Of a DNA stretch of 64,000 bases, positions 1 through 12,942 are shown piece by piece. The notes beneath the pieces are model-generated. The model was not told the origin of the DNA. It did not search any database and saw nothing but the letters and a program-made list of their open reading frames with translations. Source of the stretch: the human T2T-CHM13v2.0 reference genome, Homo sapiens; the NCBI RefSeq assembly GCF_009914755.1, contig NC_060932.1. The stretch is one strand, 5' to 3'. The first letter of the stretch is position 1. Each line of letters begins with the position of its first letter. The translations under genes were made by a program, and so were the position numbers.

Positions 1-1516
1 TGTTTTTTTTTTTTAATAAATTTTGCTTGTGATGATGACCTTCTGTGCTCTGGAACTTCTGTTTTACAAAAAATTGGAGTTCTTATGGTCCTTGTCCTTA
101 CTCAGGTTGCTGCCTGTTGCCAGAAAGGACTGGCTGTGAAATATCTCGGAGGTAGCTTTCTTTTTAGAGAAAGCAATTATTTCTTCTTCCAAAAGTCTTC
201 TTTGTTCTTCAAGCTTCATTCTCTCTTCTTGGTGAAGTCTCTTAAGGTCCTCAAATTTGGCCTGTAGCTTTCTCTCAGCTTCTTTCAATATGGCTTCTTT
301 CTCCTTCACTGGCTGCACAAACATCTGTTTCATTTCTTCTTCCTTCCTCTGACGTTCACCATGGAACTCATGTCTTTTGGCTTCATAGGTCTCTTGAAGA
401 CTGACCGGCTTGTTTTCTGGGCCCACATCTGTAAAGCCCATTTCCTCCAGTTTGCAGCGCCTGTAAAGCTCATAGTGCCTGGTATGGGTCTGCTATCGCA
501 GGTCCTCCATATTTGTACAAATGAACATTTCCCGCAGCTTTACAAAGTCACAGTGGTTTTCATTTTCCACCTGTACAACACCCCAAGGGTACTGGCGAGC
601 TTTAACCATCTTGTTTCCGACTTTTATCTCATCCATACTTCCCACAACAGCAAACGGCAACTGTCCATTCATTGCAGCGTTGACCTTAGCAATAGTGTCA
701 TCATCCGTTGGAAACTGGTATATCTGGACGCCATTGCTGACCAATTCACTCATGAACTTGATCTTAAACTTATGTAATTCAGTTTTAGAAACCGTATCTG
801 CTTTGGCAATCACTGGTATAATGTTTACCTTGCTGTCAAGGTTCTTCATGGTTAAGAGATCAAGTGTCTTCAGAGAGTGGCCTGTCAGTGAAATGAAGTA
901 GAGGCACACACGGATGCGAGAATCAGGGTAGGTAAAGAGAGAACGTTTAATCTTCAGTTATTCTTGGAGACAGGCCTCAAACTGAGCATCTATGTAGTCA
1001 ACTATCGGTTGGTAGCTCTCTTCTTTATTTATTTGGTCACCAAATCCCACTGTATTCACAATGGTCAATTTCAATCGAACATTACTTTCCTGGAGTTCAT
1101 ATGTCTGAACTTTAAGTTTAACATTTGGGCAAAAATGTGAGGATTCATAGTCTTCCAAATTAGTATTAAACAATGTGTCAATCAGTGTTGATTTTCCAAT
1201 TCCAGTTTCCCCCACACAGAATATTAAAGCAGAAACCTTGCTGAATGGATCTGTTCACCAGCTGATCAGGCAAATTCTCAAAACCAACATGGCCAGACAC
1301 AGTCAAGGAACGAATGTTTTCTCTTTTTCTCTGTTCATCATCAGATCCTTGTGAAGACATAGAAGTTGTTTTCGTTGCCATGTGAGACTGAAAGAGCAGG
1401 TGCCGCGCCACCTCGGAGCCATGGTCGCGGGCGGGGGCACGGTGAAGCGGCTGTATCAGCCCGGCCCGGAGCTGCTGGTCCCGGCTACGGCGGCGGGAAG
1501 GCCGGAGGGCTGCAGT
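1..1516 (-). pseudogene. SEPTIN10P1: Processed (intronless) pseudogene of septin 10, including a GC-rich 5'UTR and the start of the 3'UTR; probably continues past the left window edge
   Basis: ORFs 1178-1411, 958-1215, 493-909 and 64-441 are consecutive pieces of SEPT10 ([14 protein letters not shown]..., P-loop [14 protein letters not shown]4 motif, RQYPWG, C-terminal coiled coil ending NSNFL) with no introns. ATG at 1422-1420 is followed by a ~4-nt deletion. There is a ~2-nt deletion near 1216-1220, premature TAA at 958-960 and TAG at 493-495, and the native TAA at 64-66. The symbol is recalled, not looked up. Confidence 0.95.
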
Positions 1517-2341
1517 CCCTAATCCTTTTTAAATTCAATATGTTGCAAATAACTGCTCTTAGTCTAAGATTTTTATTAAATTAATTTTCAAATCATGAAA
1601 TAAGTAAAATTTATTAATCCTTTTCTTATGTTTTTTGATTTTTGTGTCTGAAGAAATCCTGCCCACACCTTATATTGGTTAGGATGGCTACTATCAAAAA
1701 AACCTTAAAATAATGAGTGTTAGCAAGGATGTGGTGAAATTGGAATCCTGGTGCACTATTGATGAAAATGTAGAATGGTGCAGCTGCTGTGGAAAATAGT
1801 ACGGAGCCTCCTCAAAAATTAAACATAGGATTACCATATAATCCAGCAACTCACTTCCAAGTGTATATCCAAAAGAATTGAAAACAAGATCGCAAGGATA
1901 AATTTGCACATTCATGTTCATAACAGACATATCACGATAGTCAAGAGGTAGAAACAACCCAGATATCCTTCAGTGAATGACTAGATAAACAAAATGTGGC
2001 AGAAATATAAAATGAAATAATTTTCAACCTTAAAAAGGAGGGAAAGCCTTTCACATGTTACAAGATGGATGAACTTTGAGAACATTACACTAAGTGAAAT
2101 AAGACAATGACGAAAAGACAAATTCTGTATGATTCCACTTACATGAAGCATGTAAAGTAGTCAGATTTAGACAGAAATAGAATGGTGGTTGTCAGCAACT
2201 GAGGGGAGACAGAAATGGGGAGTTGTTATTTAATGGGTATAAGATTTCAGTTTTGAAGATAAAAAGTTCTGGAGAGCTGTTGCACAACAATCTCAATATA
2301 CTATATACAATTGGACTCTACACTTAAAAATGGTTAAGATG

Positions 2342-3030
2342 GGCTGGGTGCTGAGGCTCATGCCTATAATCCCAATGCTTTGGGAGGCTGAAATGGGAGG
2401 ATCACTTGAGGCCAGGAGTTTGAGACCAGCTTGGGCTAAATAGGGAGACCTGGTCTCTACAAAAATAAAAATAAAAATAATTAGCTTGGCATAGTGGCCC
2501 ATGCCTTTAGTCCCAGTTACTCAGAAGGCTGAGGTAAGAGGATTGCTTGAGCACAGGTGATAAGGTTTGGCTCTGTGTCCCCACCCAAATCTCATGTCAA
2601 ATTGTAATTCCCAGTGTTGGTAGGTGATTGAATCATGGGAGTGGACTTCCCCTTGCTGTTCTTGTGATAGAGTTCTCACTAGATCTGGTTGTTTGAAAGT
2701 ATGTAGCACCTCCCACTGCTCTCTCTCTCCTGCTGGCCATGTGAAGACTGTGTGCTTCCCCTTTGCCTCCCACCACGATTGTAAGTTTCCTGAGGCCTCC
2801 CCAGAAGCAGAAGCCTGTACAGCCTGCAGAACTGTGAAGTGATTAAACTTCTTTTCTTTATAAATTACCCAGTCTCAGGTATGTCTTTATAGCAGTGAGA
2901 ACAGACTAATACCAGGAATTTGAGGTGGCAGTGAGCTATGATCACACCACCGCACTCCAGCCTGGGCAACAGAGACCCCGTCTCTAAGCAAAGTAAATGA
3001 ATAAATAAAAACAAACAAAAAATAAAATAA
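2342..3030 (+). mobile_element. AluJ split by an MSTA LTR
   Basis: Alu left part 2342-2557, right part ~2913-2985 plus A-rich tail. TSD-like aaaatggttaagatg / aaattggttaggatg. Confidence 0.9.
2558..2912 (+). mobile_element. MaLR solo LTR (MSTA-like)
   Basis: Starts tgataaggtttggctctgtgtccccacccaaatctc and ends acagactaatac. Flanked by acagg/ccagg. Confidence 0.9.
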
Positions 3031-3090
3031 ATTGGTTAGGATGATGAATTATATATATATATTTTTGCCACAACTACAATTTTTAAAAAA

Positions 3091-4660
3091 GAAATCGTGT
3101 TCAAATTGGAGATCATAAAGATGTTTATCTCTATTTTCTTATGGTAGTTTTAATTTTTGACTTGTGTACTTAGGGCTTTAATCTACCTAGATTTCACTTT
3201 TGAATATGGTATGTTTGTTACAGTCCTATTTATTGCATAGTCCATCCTCCTTCAGTTACTTGTGGATCTGGTTTTCATCTCTTTACTTCCTCATTAGTCT
3301 GTTATATAGCTCTGTGCTGGAGTCATACCTCCTTAATTACTATAGCCTTATAACAAAGTCTTGATTTTTGATAGGGCAAGTCCGTCCTTATTGTTCTTCT
3401 CTTTCAAAAAAATTATCTTGACTATGTCTTCTATGAGAGTTTTAATAAGGGCTTATGAAGTTTAACATAAAAATCTTATTTGGGTTTTGATTGTCATTCC
3501 ATTTAACTGGGGTGCAGTGCAAAATTTATGGTATTGAGTTTCTTATTCAAGGGCATAATATATCTCTCAATTTATTTAAAATTTCTTTAATGTCTTTCCG
3601 TAAAGTTTTGTAAATTTTTAAATACAGACCTTGGACATCTTTTTATATTGATTTCTATCTTTAATTGTTTTGTTGCTATTGTGAATAAAAGCCTTCTTTA
3701 TTATAGTAGTTTTACTGGTTGGTTCAAATTTTTAAGAAAGCTATTGATTTTGGTATGCTGATTTTGTATAGAACAATCTTTTTGGACTCTTCTATTAGTG
3801 GTCATATTTGATGTATAAATTCTATTAAAACTTCCATATATTACATGAGAACAATGAGAATTTGTTTTTCTTTTCTAATCCTTATAACTTTATTTTCTTG
3901 TCTTGTACAATGTCACTATATCCAATATATAGAAGTGGTGCATGTAAGTAGTGATAATAGCCCAATAAGTCTTATTCTTGACTTTTAAGGGAGACTTTTA
4001 ACACTCCATGGCTTATTATTATGTTTGCTGTAAGTTTTGGTGCTCTTTTTCAGGTTAAAGGAGTTCCCTTCCATTTCCTCATTAACCCACTTATGCCCAG
4101 TGTTCCATTATTGGAACCCTAAGCATGTGGGAGTTATTTATATCCTACTACTCAAGGTCATCACCAAGGTCTGATTTTTTCACTTGTGCAAAAATTCAAA
4201 AAATTGCAACCTCCAGCATAAATGGGTTAATATTATTTTTCTAGTCATGACAGGAGTTTAACATATTCATAGGCCTTTTCTGAATTCCAAGTTTGATTGT
4301 ATTGTTTTTATTTTTTAGTCTATTAATGAGGGGAATTTTATTACTAGGTCTTTTTAATAGAAAGGCCTTTCAGTTTCACACACATATACACATACGTACA
4401 CACATATGTATCACACACAGTGCTAGGTTCAGTTTATTAATATTTTTCATAATTTTCATATCTATGTTTATAAATAATATTAGTCCATTTTTCACTTCTA
4501 TTTTTAATAAATAAATTGGTAGATTTCTTTGAAACAATTTTTGCAAGGTAGTGATTATTTGTTCTTCGTACATTTGGTAAAATTTTCATGTAAAACCTAC
4601 TGGGCTTGGAATTTTGGGGGATACATTTGGCTACTGTTTAATTTTATTTAATAATTTAAA
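3091..4660 (-). mobile_element. Old L1M (L1ME-type) ORF2 fragment
   Basis: Degenerate T-rich antisense L1 ORF2 motifs (ttaattactatagcctt, ttgttcttctctttcaaaa, gctattgattttggtatg). Confidence 0.65.
4086..4226 (+). mobile_element. MER85 piggyBac (PGBD3-derived) MITE, full length
   Basis: 141 bp. TTAA TSDs at 4082-4085 and 4227-4230, terminal inverted repeats (TIRs) cccacttatgc / gcataaatggg, internal palindrome gttccattattggaac at 4102-4117. Confidence 0.93.
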
Positions 4661-5228
4661 GGGTAACACAGAGTCAGCAATTCACTTTTGTTTGTGAAAG
4701 GAAGAGCTTTTAGCCTTTTATCAGTGACAAAGGAAAAAACCAGGATGTATAAGAGAAAAAAAGAAGAAAAAGGAAGGAAAGGAGCGAAAGAAAAGAAGAG
4801 GAAGAAAGAAGAGAAAAAACTAGGCAGTTTGGGAACAGTGAGTCTTGTTTTTTATTTTTGGGTTAAACACACTGAATAACTTGTAGCTAACACCACAAAA
4901 CAAGGCCAAAACTTTGGGAGTTTAGTTGTTGAATATACTTGACAGGCTATCTCTGAATAAAGTCTGCATAATATCCTTCTGTTGGCACCTTCGCTTTAGT
5001 TAGACAGGATCTGCACTGTTTTACTCAAATAAAATTTTCTTAGTTTCTCCTTTTTCAGTCAAAAGAATTTCCCAAAGGAGCAAATTTCACTTTAAGAATG
5101 TTTAGTCTCTGTGATGCAGAATCATCAGTTAGAAGTTTACTGGACATTAGACATGAGAAGAAGGAAAACCCATAGAATAAAAATCATAAAAGTTATGAAA
5201 AATATTTTGAAGATATTTTGTATTCATT

Positions 5229-5521
5229 GTTTTTTTTTTGAGACAGGGTCTGCTCTGTCACCCAGGCTGAAGGGGCAGTGGCGCCATCACAGCTCATTGC
5301 CGCCTTGACCTCCTGGGTTCCAACAATCCTCCTACCTCTGCCTCCCAAGTAGTTGGGACTATAGGAGCATGGCACCACACCCAGCTAATTTATAAATTTT
5401 TTGTAGAGATGTGGTCTTGCTATGTTAACCAGGCTGGTCTCAAACTCCTGGGCTCAAGCAACCCTCCCACATTGGCCACCCAGAGTACTGGAATTATAGG
5501 CAAGAGCCACTGCACCTGGCC
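5229..5521 (-). mobile_element. AluJ
   Basis: Poly-T, then antisense Alu dimer with J-type diagnostics (ctcctgggctcaagcaa). Confidence 0.9.
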
Positions 5522-6191
5522 TACATTCATTTTAAAAACTACTTTCTGCCTAATAAGCAGAGTAAGTCTCAATAATTAGTCTGATCAACTTCAGTTAACA
5601 AAGTGACCTTTTCACCTCTAATTGATTGATTATTTTTGTTTACCCATCTATTCATCTATTAAAAATTAATTATTACACACATTTCATAGTGGCTGCTTAA
5701 CAATCAAGGATAATTGTATTACCTAGGGCTATTTTAGTTAACAATTTCATGATAATCTTTAAAATTTTGGTTTTTTAAATAATTAAATTTTGTTATTTAA
5801 GCCATAAGCAAGTTAGAAATTACACACTCTACTTTAGTAACTAGTTTAACTAGAGTAGAAATCCTTTTACAAACCAGTGAAATCCAATGTCAATGTCTTA
5901 GATCCCTCCCTAAAATTGTCGTGTCTGATTTCTCATAAGATCTAATTAGGAGGTTTCTTTAGAATATTTGGAAAGGTCAAATGAATGTATCCAAAATAGA
6001 TGTCTAAATTTAGTTTGTCTGATTTTGGAGGGAGACAATCATAGCTAGAATTAAAATATTATATAGTGATTATTGCATTGCTTTAGGAGAAAATAATTAA
6101 ACTGAAGTTTCTGTCAGTATGCCTATGTCCCTTTCTTTTGTGGTATTCCTTGGATTCCTGTAAAGCTTTGAAAGTATCAGTGGCAGCAGGT

Positions 6192-6343
6192 AATTGTTGG
6201 GCATGTTGCCATGTGCCTGTAGTCCCAACTACTTGGGAGTTGGAGGTGGGTGGATTGTTTGAACCCAGGAGGTCAAGCCTGCAGTGAGTTGTGACAGTGC
6301 CATTGCACCTCCAGCCTGGGTGACAGAGCCGGACCCTGTCTCA
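6192..6343 (+). mobile_element. Alu right-monomer fragment (FRAM/AluJ)
   Basis: tgcctgtagtcccaactacttgggag...ccagcctgggtgacagagc. Confidence 0.85.
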
Positions 6344-7484
6344 TACATGTATGAGGGTTAATATTTTATAGGGTACTTTGAGGCCAGTTATCAAATTTAA
6401 CATTTTATAGGTGTGGTGGTGAGAAAAGATTTAAAGAGGACTATTATGAAAGAAAAGAAGAGAATGAGGAGATGCATAATATGGTAAAAATGCAAAGGTA
6501 AGTCTGATGGTCCATCAAGGATTTCAGTCTGAAGGTTTTGGGAGGAAGCTGTCTACTCAGGAAGACACCTTCTTAATCCATAGAATTTTGAAAGGAATCT
6601 GTCTACTTTAACATATGACCTGCTTCTAGGGATCTTTTCATGACCCTCAGGGTCAGATCTTCATTTGTACTTGATGCCCAGGCTATGGAATTCAAAGAAT
6701 ATTTGCATTAGGGCACATGTATCTGTAGATGTGTGTCCTGAAGCTTAAGGACAACATTTGTAATTAGGAGAACCTGAAGCAGTTCTTTCCAATGGGGCGT
6801 CAAGTCTCACTTTCGATACTCTTTTAACGTACTCAATCTTCCAGATGTACATCTTTCATGAGATGTAGATCTGGTGGCTGTTATCATTAGCGCAGGAAGT
6901 GAACTTGAGGACCTTAATATTTTTATTTTAATATATCATGATCTTAGTTTGTTTTCCCAGAGCTTTAAGGAAGTTTCTGTTTATGGCTGAGTAGTAATCC
7001 ATGGTGTATATTTTTAATCATTGGAGAGTATTGAATATATTCTCCACTTGGAAGGACAATATTGACATATTCATATTGTCATTAATGTATGTTAATATTT
7101 TCTTTCCAAGTGGGGAAAGTATTAACATATTTTGTGTGTGTAAATGAGCTTTAGTGTTTTGGTAAGGAAAGAGTTTGAGTTAAACCAGGACATTTACACA
7201 TTATTATTAATGCATATTTAAACTTTGAAGCAACTGAATGAAATTCACTTGTAAATGCACAAATGATCAATGGAGTAGGGTCCTAAGTCTTGCCCTACCT
7301 TTGCAGTTTTTCCTTAATTATGGAAGTATTGGGTTACTCATTGTGTTTCTTGGGGAACATTTTTCATCCCAATGTTTTTGAAAAGTTTCATCCAATTTTC
7401 TCTGTCACATAGATTAGTTTTTGTTAGATAACAATGAGAGGTCGGAGATTGGCTTTGGGTGACTTCATGTGGCACAATTTTTGA

Positions 7485-7785
<301 letters not shown>

Positions 7786-7955
7786 ATATTTTTTCTTTTT
7801 TATATAAACAGCCAGCTATGTTTAAATATCGTTTTATTATTCAGAAATCAGAGCAAACAACGAATGGTTTTATAGTATTAATTATGATTAAAACAGTAAA
7901 GACAGTTTAGCAAATAGGTGGAAAATTTTCTTTAGTTTTAAGAGTATATTTTAAA

Positions 7956-8327
<372 letters not shown>

Positions 8328-9438
8328 CTAAAGACTCTGGACTATAAATAAAACAATATAAAAGAAGGATTCTTAGAGGTGGAGAGAAGAACGCAGGTTA
8401 GTTAGGGACCTTCAGATCTGAGAATAATGTGATGATGAGTTCTCTGGATTTTCTTTTTATTTCATATATCTCAGACTTGGAGCCAAATAACTCAGCAACG
8501 CAGAAACACCAAATCACTCAGACCTCCCCACCACCCAACTCCCCAAGAAAAACTCCAAGAAAAAAAAGCTTGTTCTTTGTAGCCAAAAGACCAAGAAAGG
8601 GGTAGCTTAGGAAGAAGACTTTTTGACAATTGCTATTCTACTCTAGTCAAAAAACCACAGAAACCTAGTCCCCACCCCACCCGAACACAAGCAAAGGCTG
8701 AGTGGAGAGCTTAGACTTCCACCTTCCTGAAGTTGCAATAAGGTATCCTTAAACCTCTGCCAGGTGGTTTCTGAGAAAGTTAAGTGGGGACCAAAGACTT
8801 TCTTCTTGTTGGCAGGTATCAAGAGTTCCCCACACCAAAGTGTCAGTAGAGATATTCTGTAGAAAGCCTAGACTTTCACCTCCATCCAGCAGTAAAGAGG
8901 CGTTCCACTTTCTCACCGCTGTGGTAGTATCAGAGGAAGCTGAGTAGAAAGTCAGTACTTTCAACATTGCCTAACAGTATTGGGGCCACCTCAATATGTG
9001 TCAGTGAAGACCCTGTGGGGACCATGAACTCCCATGCCTGCCCAGCACTTATGAGGAGCTCCTCCCCTTAGGTGTCAGCTGAGACCAAATGGAGAGTCTG
9101 GACTTTTCTTACTCCATCTAGCAGTAGCAAGGCAGTTCCTCCCCTTGCCCTGTTGGAGTGGTGTCAGAGATGGTGAGCTAAAGCAGAGTTTAAATAAGAT
9201 CTGGCATCTCAAAACATAATACAAAAATGTCAGGTTTCAACAGAAAGTTACTCGTTTTACCAAGAACCAGGAACATCTGAAACTAAATGAAAAAAAAAAA
9301 TCAACAGATGCCAACTTCAAGATGACAGAGATTTTAAAATAATCTGAAAAAGATTTTAAATAGCAATGATAAAAATAGCTTAATGAGAATTTACAGAAAC
9401 AATGGAAACAAATGAGAAAAATAGAAAGCCTTAGCAAG

Positions 9439-9893
9439 TATGCTAGTTTGCTAGGGCTACCATAGCAAAGTACCACAAATCAAGTGGCAATAGGTTTTAG
9501 AGTTTAGAAGCTAGAGATCCAAGATCAAGGTATCATCATGGTTGATTTCTTCTGAGGGCTTTGAGGGAGGGTCTGTTCCAGGCCTCTCTCTCTCCTAGCT
9601 TGGGGTGGTTTGCTGGCAGTCTTTGGTGTTCCTTGATTTGTAGGCAAATCACCGTGATATTTGCTTTCATGTTCACATAGCTTTCTCCCAATGTTCATGT
9701 CTGTGTCCAAATTTTATCTTTTTATAAGAACACTGGCTATATTGGATTAGGGACCCAACCTACTCTGGTATGACCTTATCTTAATTAATTACATTTGCAA
9801 GAACTCTATTTCTAACTAAGGCATGTTCTGAGAGACTGGTGGTTAGGACTTTAGCCTATGAATTTCTGAGAGACACAATTTTAACCCATAACA
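9439..9893 (-). mobile_element. MaLR solo LTR (MLT1B/C-like)
   Basis: Perfect 5-bp TSD GCAAG (9434-9438, 9894-9898). The reverse complement begins tgttatgggttaaaattgtgtctc...aagtcctaacc. Confidence 0.9.
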
Positions 9894-12146
9894 GCAAGAA
9901 AACAGAAAGCTTCTTCAAAGAAATAGAATATATAAAGAATAACCAAATATAAATATTAGAACTGAAAAATATAATCATTAAAATAAAAGCTAAGTGGATA
10001 GACTCAACAGCCAGTTGGGGGAACAGAGAAAATAATCACTGAACTGGAAGATAAAATAATATAAATCACTCAACTTAAATAACACAGAAAAATAGACTAA
10101 AAAGAAATGAACAGAGCCTCAGGGGGCTCTGTTTTGGGACTATAACAAAATACCCAACTGTCATGGCATTGGAGTCCCAGAAGGAGACGTAAAAGAGGGT
10201 GGGGGCTGAACATTTTCTAAATTTGGCGTCAGATGTAATCCTAGATTCAAGAAGCTGACTGAATCCAAACCAGATAAACCTAAATAAATCACCAAAACAC
10301 ATCATAGTTAAACTTATAAAAACTAAAGACAAAGGTCTTAAAAGCAGAAACAGAGAAATGATACCTAACTGTATAAGAAAACAACAATACAATTACAGAG
10401 GATTTCTCATCAGAAACCATGAAGGCCAGAGGTAGTGTCACAATATTTTTCAAAAGTTAAAAAAGATACCTGTCAGCCTAGAGTCCTATAGCTGGTGAAT
10501 ATATCATGAAATAAACAGGAAATTAGTACATTCTCAGATAAAGGAAAAGACAATTTGTTGCCAGAAGATCTATCCTGAAGAATGCTGAAGGAATTTCTTT
10601 AAATAAAAAGGAAATGATAAAAGAAGGAACTTTGGAACATCAGCAAGGAAGAAAGAAAAATACAGTCAAAAATATAAATGAAAACAATAATAGGCTTTCT
10701 TTCTCTACTAGACTTCTAAATTATGTCTGACAGTTGAAGCAAAAGTTATAACATTGCCTGATGTGGTTCTAAATATGTGTAGAGAAAATATTTAAGAAAT
10801 ATAAATGAGGGATGATAAAGGAACACAAAAGGAGATAAGATTTTGATATTTCATTTGATGAAACCACATTATATCACATTTTTGTACACACACATATGTA
10901 TGAATATACTTACACACATATATAAATATATATGTAAATACTTAAAACAACTATTGAAAAAAGTTATTCAGAGATAGACTCCAAAACACTGTAGATAAAT
11001 CAAAATGGAATTCTAAAATATGTCTAAGTAGCCCACAGAAAGGCATTAAAAAATAAGAAAATAGAGAAAAATAGAAAAAAAAAAGCACACATAAGCCCTA
11101 AAATATTTTAATAGCCCTATAACTGTTAAGGAAATTACACTCATAATTTAAAAACTTCCCTGCAAAAGAAAGCTCCAGACCCAGAAAGGCCTACTGGGAA
11201 ATTTTCTAAGATGTTTAAAGAAGAATTAACCCCAGCTCAGTATAATCTCTTAACTACACTAAATGTAAATGATCTAAATATACCAACTAAAGGATAGAGA
11301 TGGATAAAATGAGTTTAAATCACAATCCTTCTATATGCTATCTGCAAGAAGCTCAATTAAGATTCAATGATATAATCAAGTTGAAACTAAAAGGAAGGAA
11401 ATGGTTATATCATGCAAAAATTTTTAAAGGAAATCAAGACTAGCTCTGTTGATATCAGATGAAGTAGACTTCAGGGCAAAGAATATTATCAAAGACATAG
11501 AGAGATGTTATATAATGAAAAAGAATCAACTTACCCAGCAGGTATAGCAATACTAAATGTATATACACCAAAAAACAGAGTTGCAAAATGTGTGAAGCAA
11601 AAACTGAAGGATCTAAAAGGATAATTAGACAAATCCACAAGTATAGTTGGAGACTATTGTTACAGTTGGAAATATCACTAGACATTAAAATATCCAAAAA
11701 AATGAGATATTACTAAAGACTCTACACATAAATGTAACAACTTAGATGAAATGGACCTTTGAAAAACACAACTTACTAGAACTCATCCAATGTAAAACAT
11801 AATTTGAATAGCCCTATAAGTATTAAGGAAATTACATCTATAATTGAAAAACTCCCCCAAAAAGAACTTTCCAGACCCAGATAAGTTCACTAGAAAATTC
11901 TCCAAAATGTTTAAGGAAGAATTAACACCAGGTTTATACAATCTCTCCCAGAAAATAAAAGAGAGAATACTGCTTAACTCATTTTATGAAGTTAGTGTTA
12001 CCTTGACACAAAAAACAGAAATAGACAGTAGACACACACACAGACACCCAGCCACCCCAGAACATACAGATTCACAAATAAAAAGACAAAAATCTTAAAC
12101 TAACATTAACAAATAGAAGTCAACAATATTTAAAAATATTGTACCC

Positions 12147-12874
12147 TGATACGGTTTAGATATTTGTTCCCTCCAAACCTCATGTTGAACTGTGATCTCC
12201 AATGCTGGAGATAGGGCCTAGTGGGAATTGTTTAGGTCATAGTGGGGGATTCCTCATAATGACTTGATGCCATGCCCTTGGTGATGAGTGAGTTCTCACT
12301 CTATTAGTTCATGCAATAGTTGGTTGTTTATAAAAGCATGGCACCTCTTCCCTCTCTCTCTCTTGCTCTTCTTGCCATGTGACACCTCGCCCTTCACCTT
12401 CTGCCATGAGTAAAACTTCCTGGGGCCTTACCAGAAATCAAGCAGATACTGGCACTATGCTTGTAGAGCCCGCAAAACTGTGAGCCAAATAAACCTCTTT
12501 TCCTTATAAGTTACGCAGTTTCAGGATTTATTTATTTATTTATGTTGTTGTTGGTGGTGGTGTTTTTGAGACAGGGTCTCATTCTCTCACCAAGACTGGA
12601 GTGCAGGGGCACGATCATGGCTCACTGCAGCCTTGACTGCTGGGCTCAAGTAATCCTCTCACCTGAGTAGCTGGGACCACAGGGTGTGAGCCACAACACC
12701 TGGCCAGTTTTTTAATTTTTTGTAGAGATGGGGTCTCCTTATGTTGCCCAGGCTGGTCTTGAATTCCTGGGCCCAAGTGATCTGCCCATCTCAATCTCCC
12801 AAAGTGCTGGGACTAAAGGCATGCGCCATTGCCCCTGGCCTCAGGTATCACTTTATAGCAATGCAAAACAGACA
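12147..12874 (+). mobile_element. MaLR solo LTR (MSTB-like), split by an antisense AluJ
   Basis: tgatacggtttagatatttg...tgagccaaataaacctc; resumes tcaggtatcactttatagcaatgcaaaacagac after the Alu. Confidence 0.85.
12526..12840 (-). mobile_element. AluJ
   Basis: Antisense Alu with a (TTTA)/(TTG) tail, inside the MSTB. Confidence 0.88.
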
Positions 12875-12942
12875 CCATCACCAAGTGGTGTTTATTCCAG
12901 AGATGCAAATCTGGTTAATTATTCAAAAATCAATTAATATCA

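Larger units (their letters stand above)
1663..3090 (+). mobile_element. L1M (L1MA/MB-type) 3' end, interrupted by an AluJ that is itself interrupted by an MSTA LTR
   Basis: L1 ORF2 C-terminus/3'UTR motifs (aggatggctactatcaaaaa, gatggatgaactttgagaacatt, tatgattccacttacatgaa). Sequence resumes after the Alu at ~3030. Confidence 0.8.

Noticed and set aside
3-20. T-run at the window start as the pseudogene's poly(A) tail
   Set aside because: It is only ~50 nt past the stop codon, has no upstream minus-strand AATAAA and no adjacent copy of the expected TSD. It is more likely an internal A-run of the SEPT10 3'UTR, with the true end outside the window.
85-901. Plus-strand ORFs of 60-138 aa
   Set aside because: Antisense shadows of the SEPT10 coding sequence.
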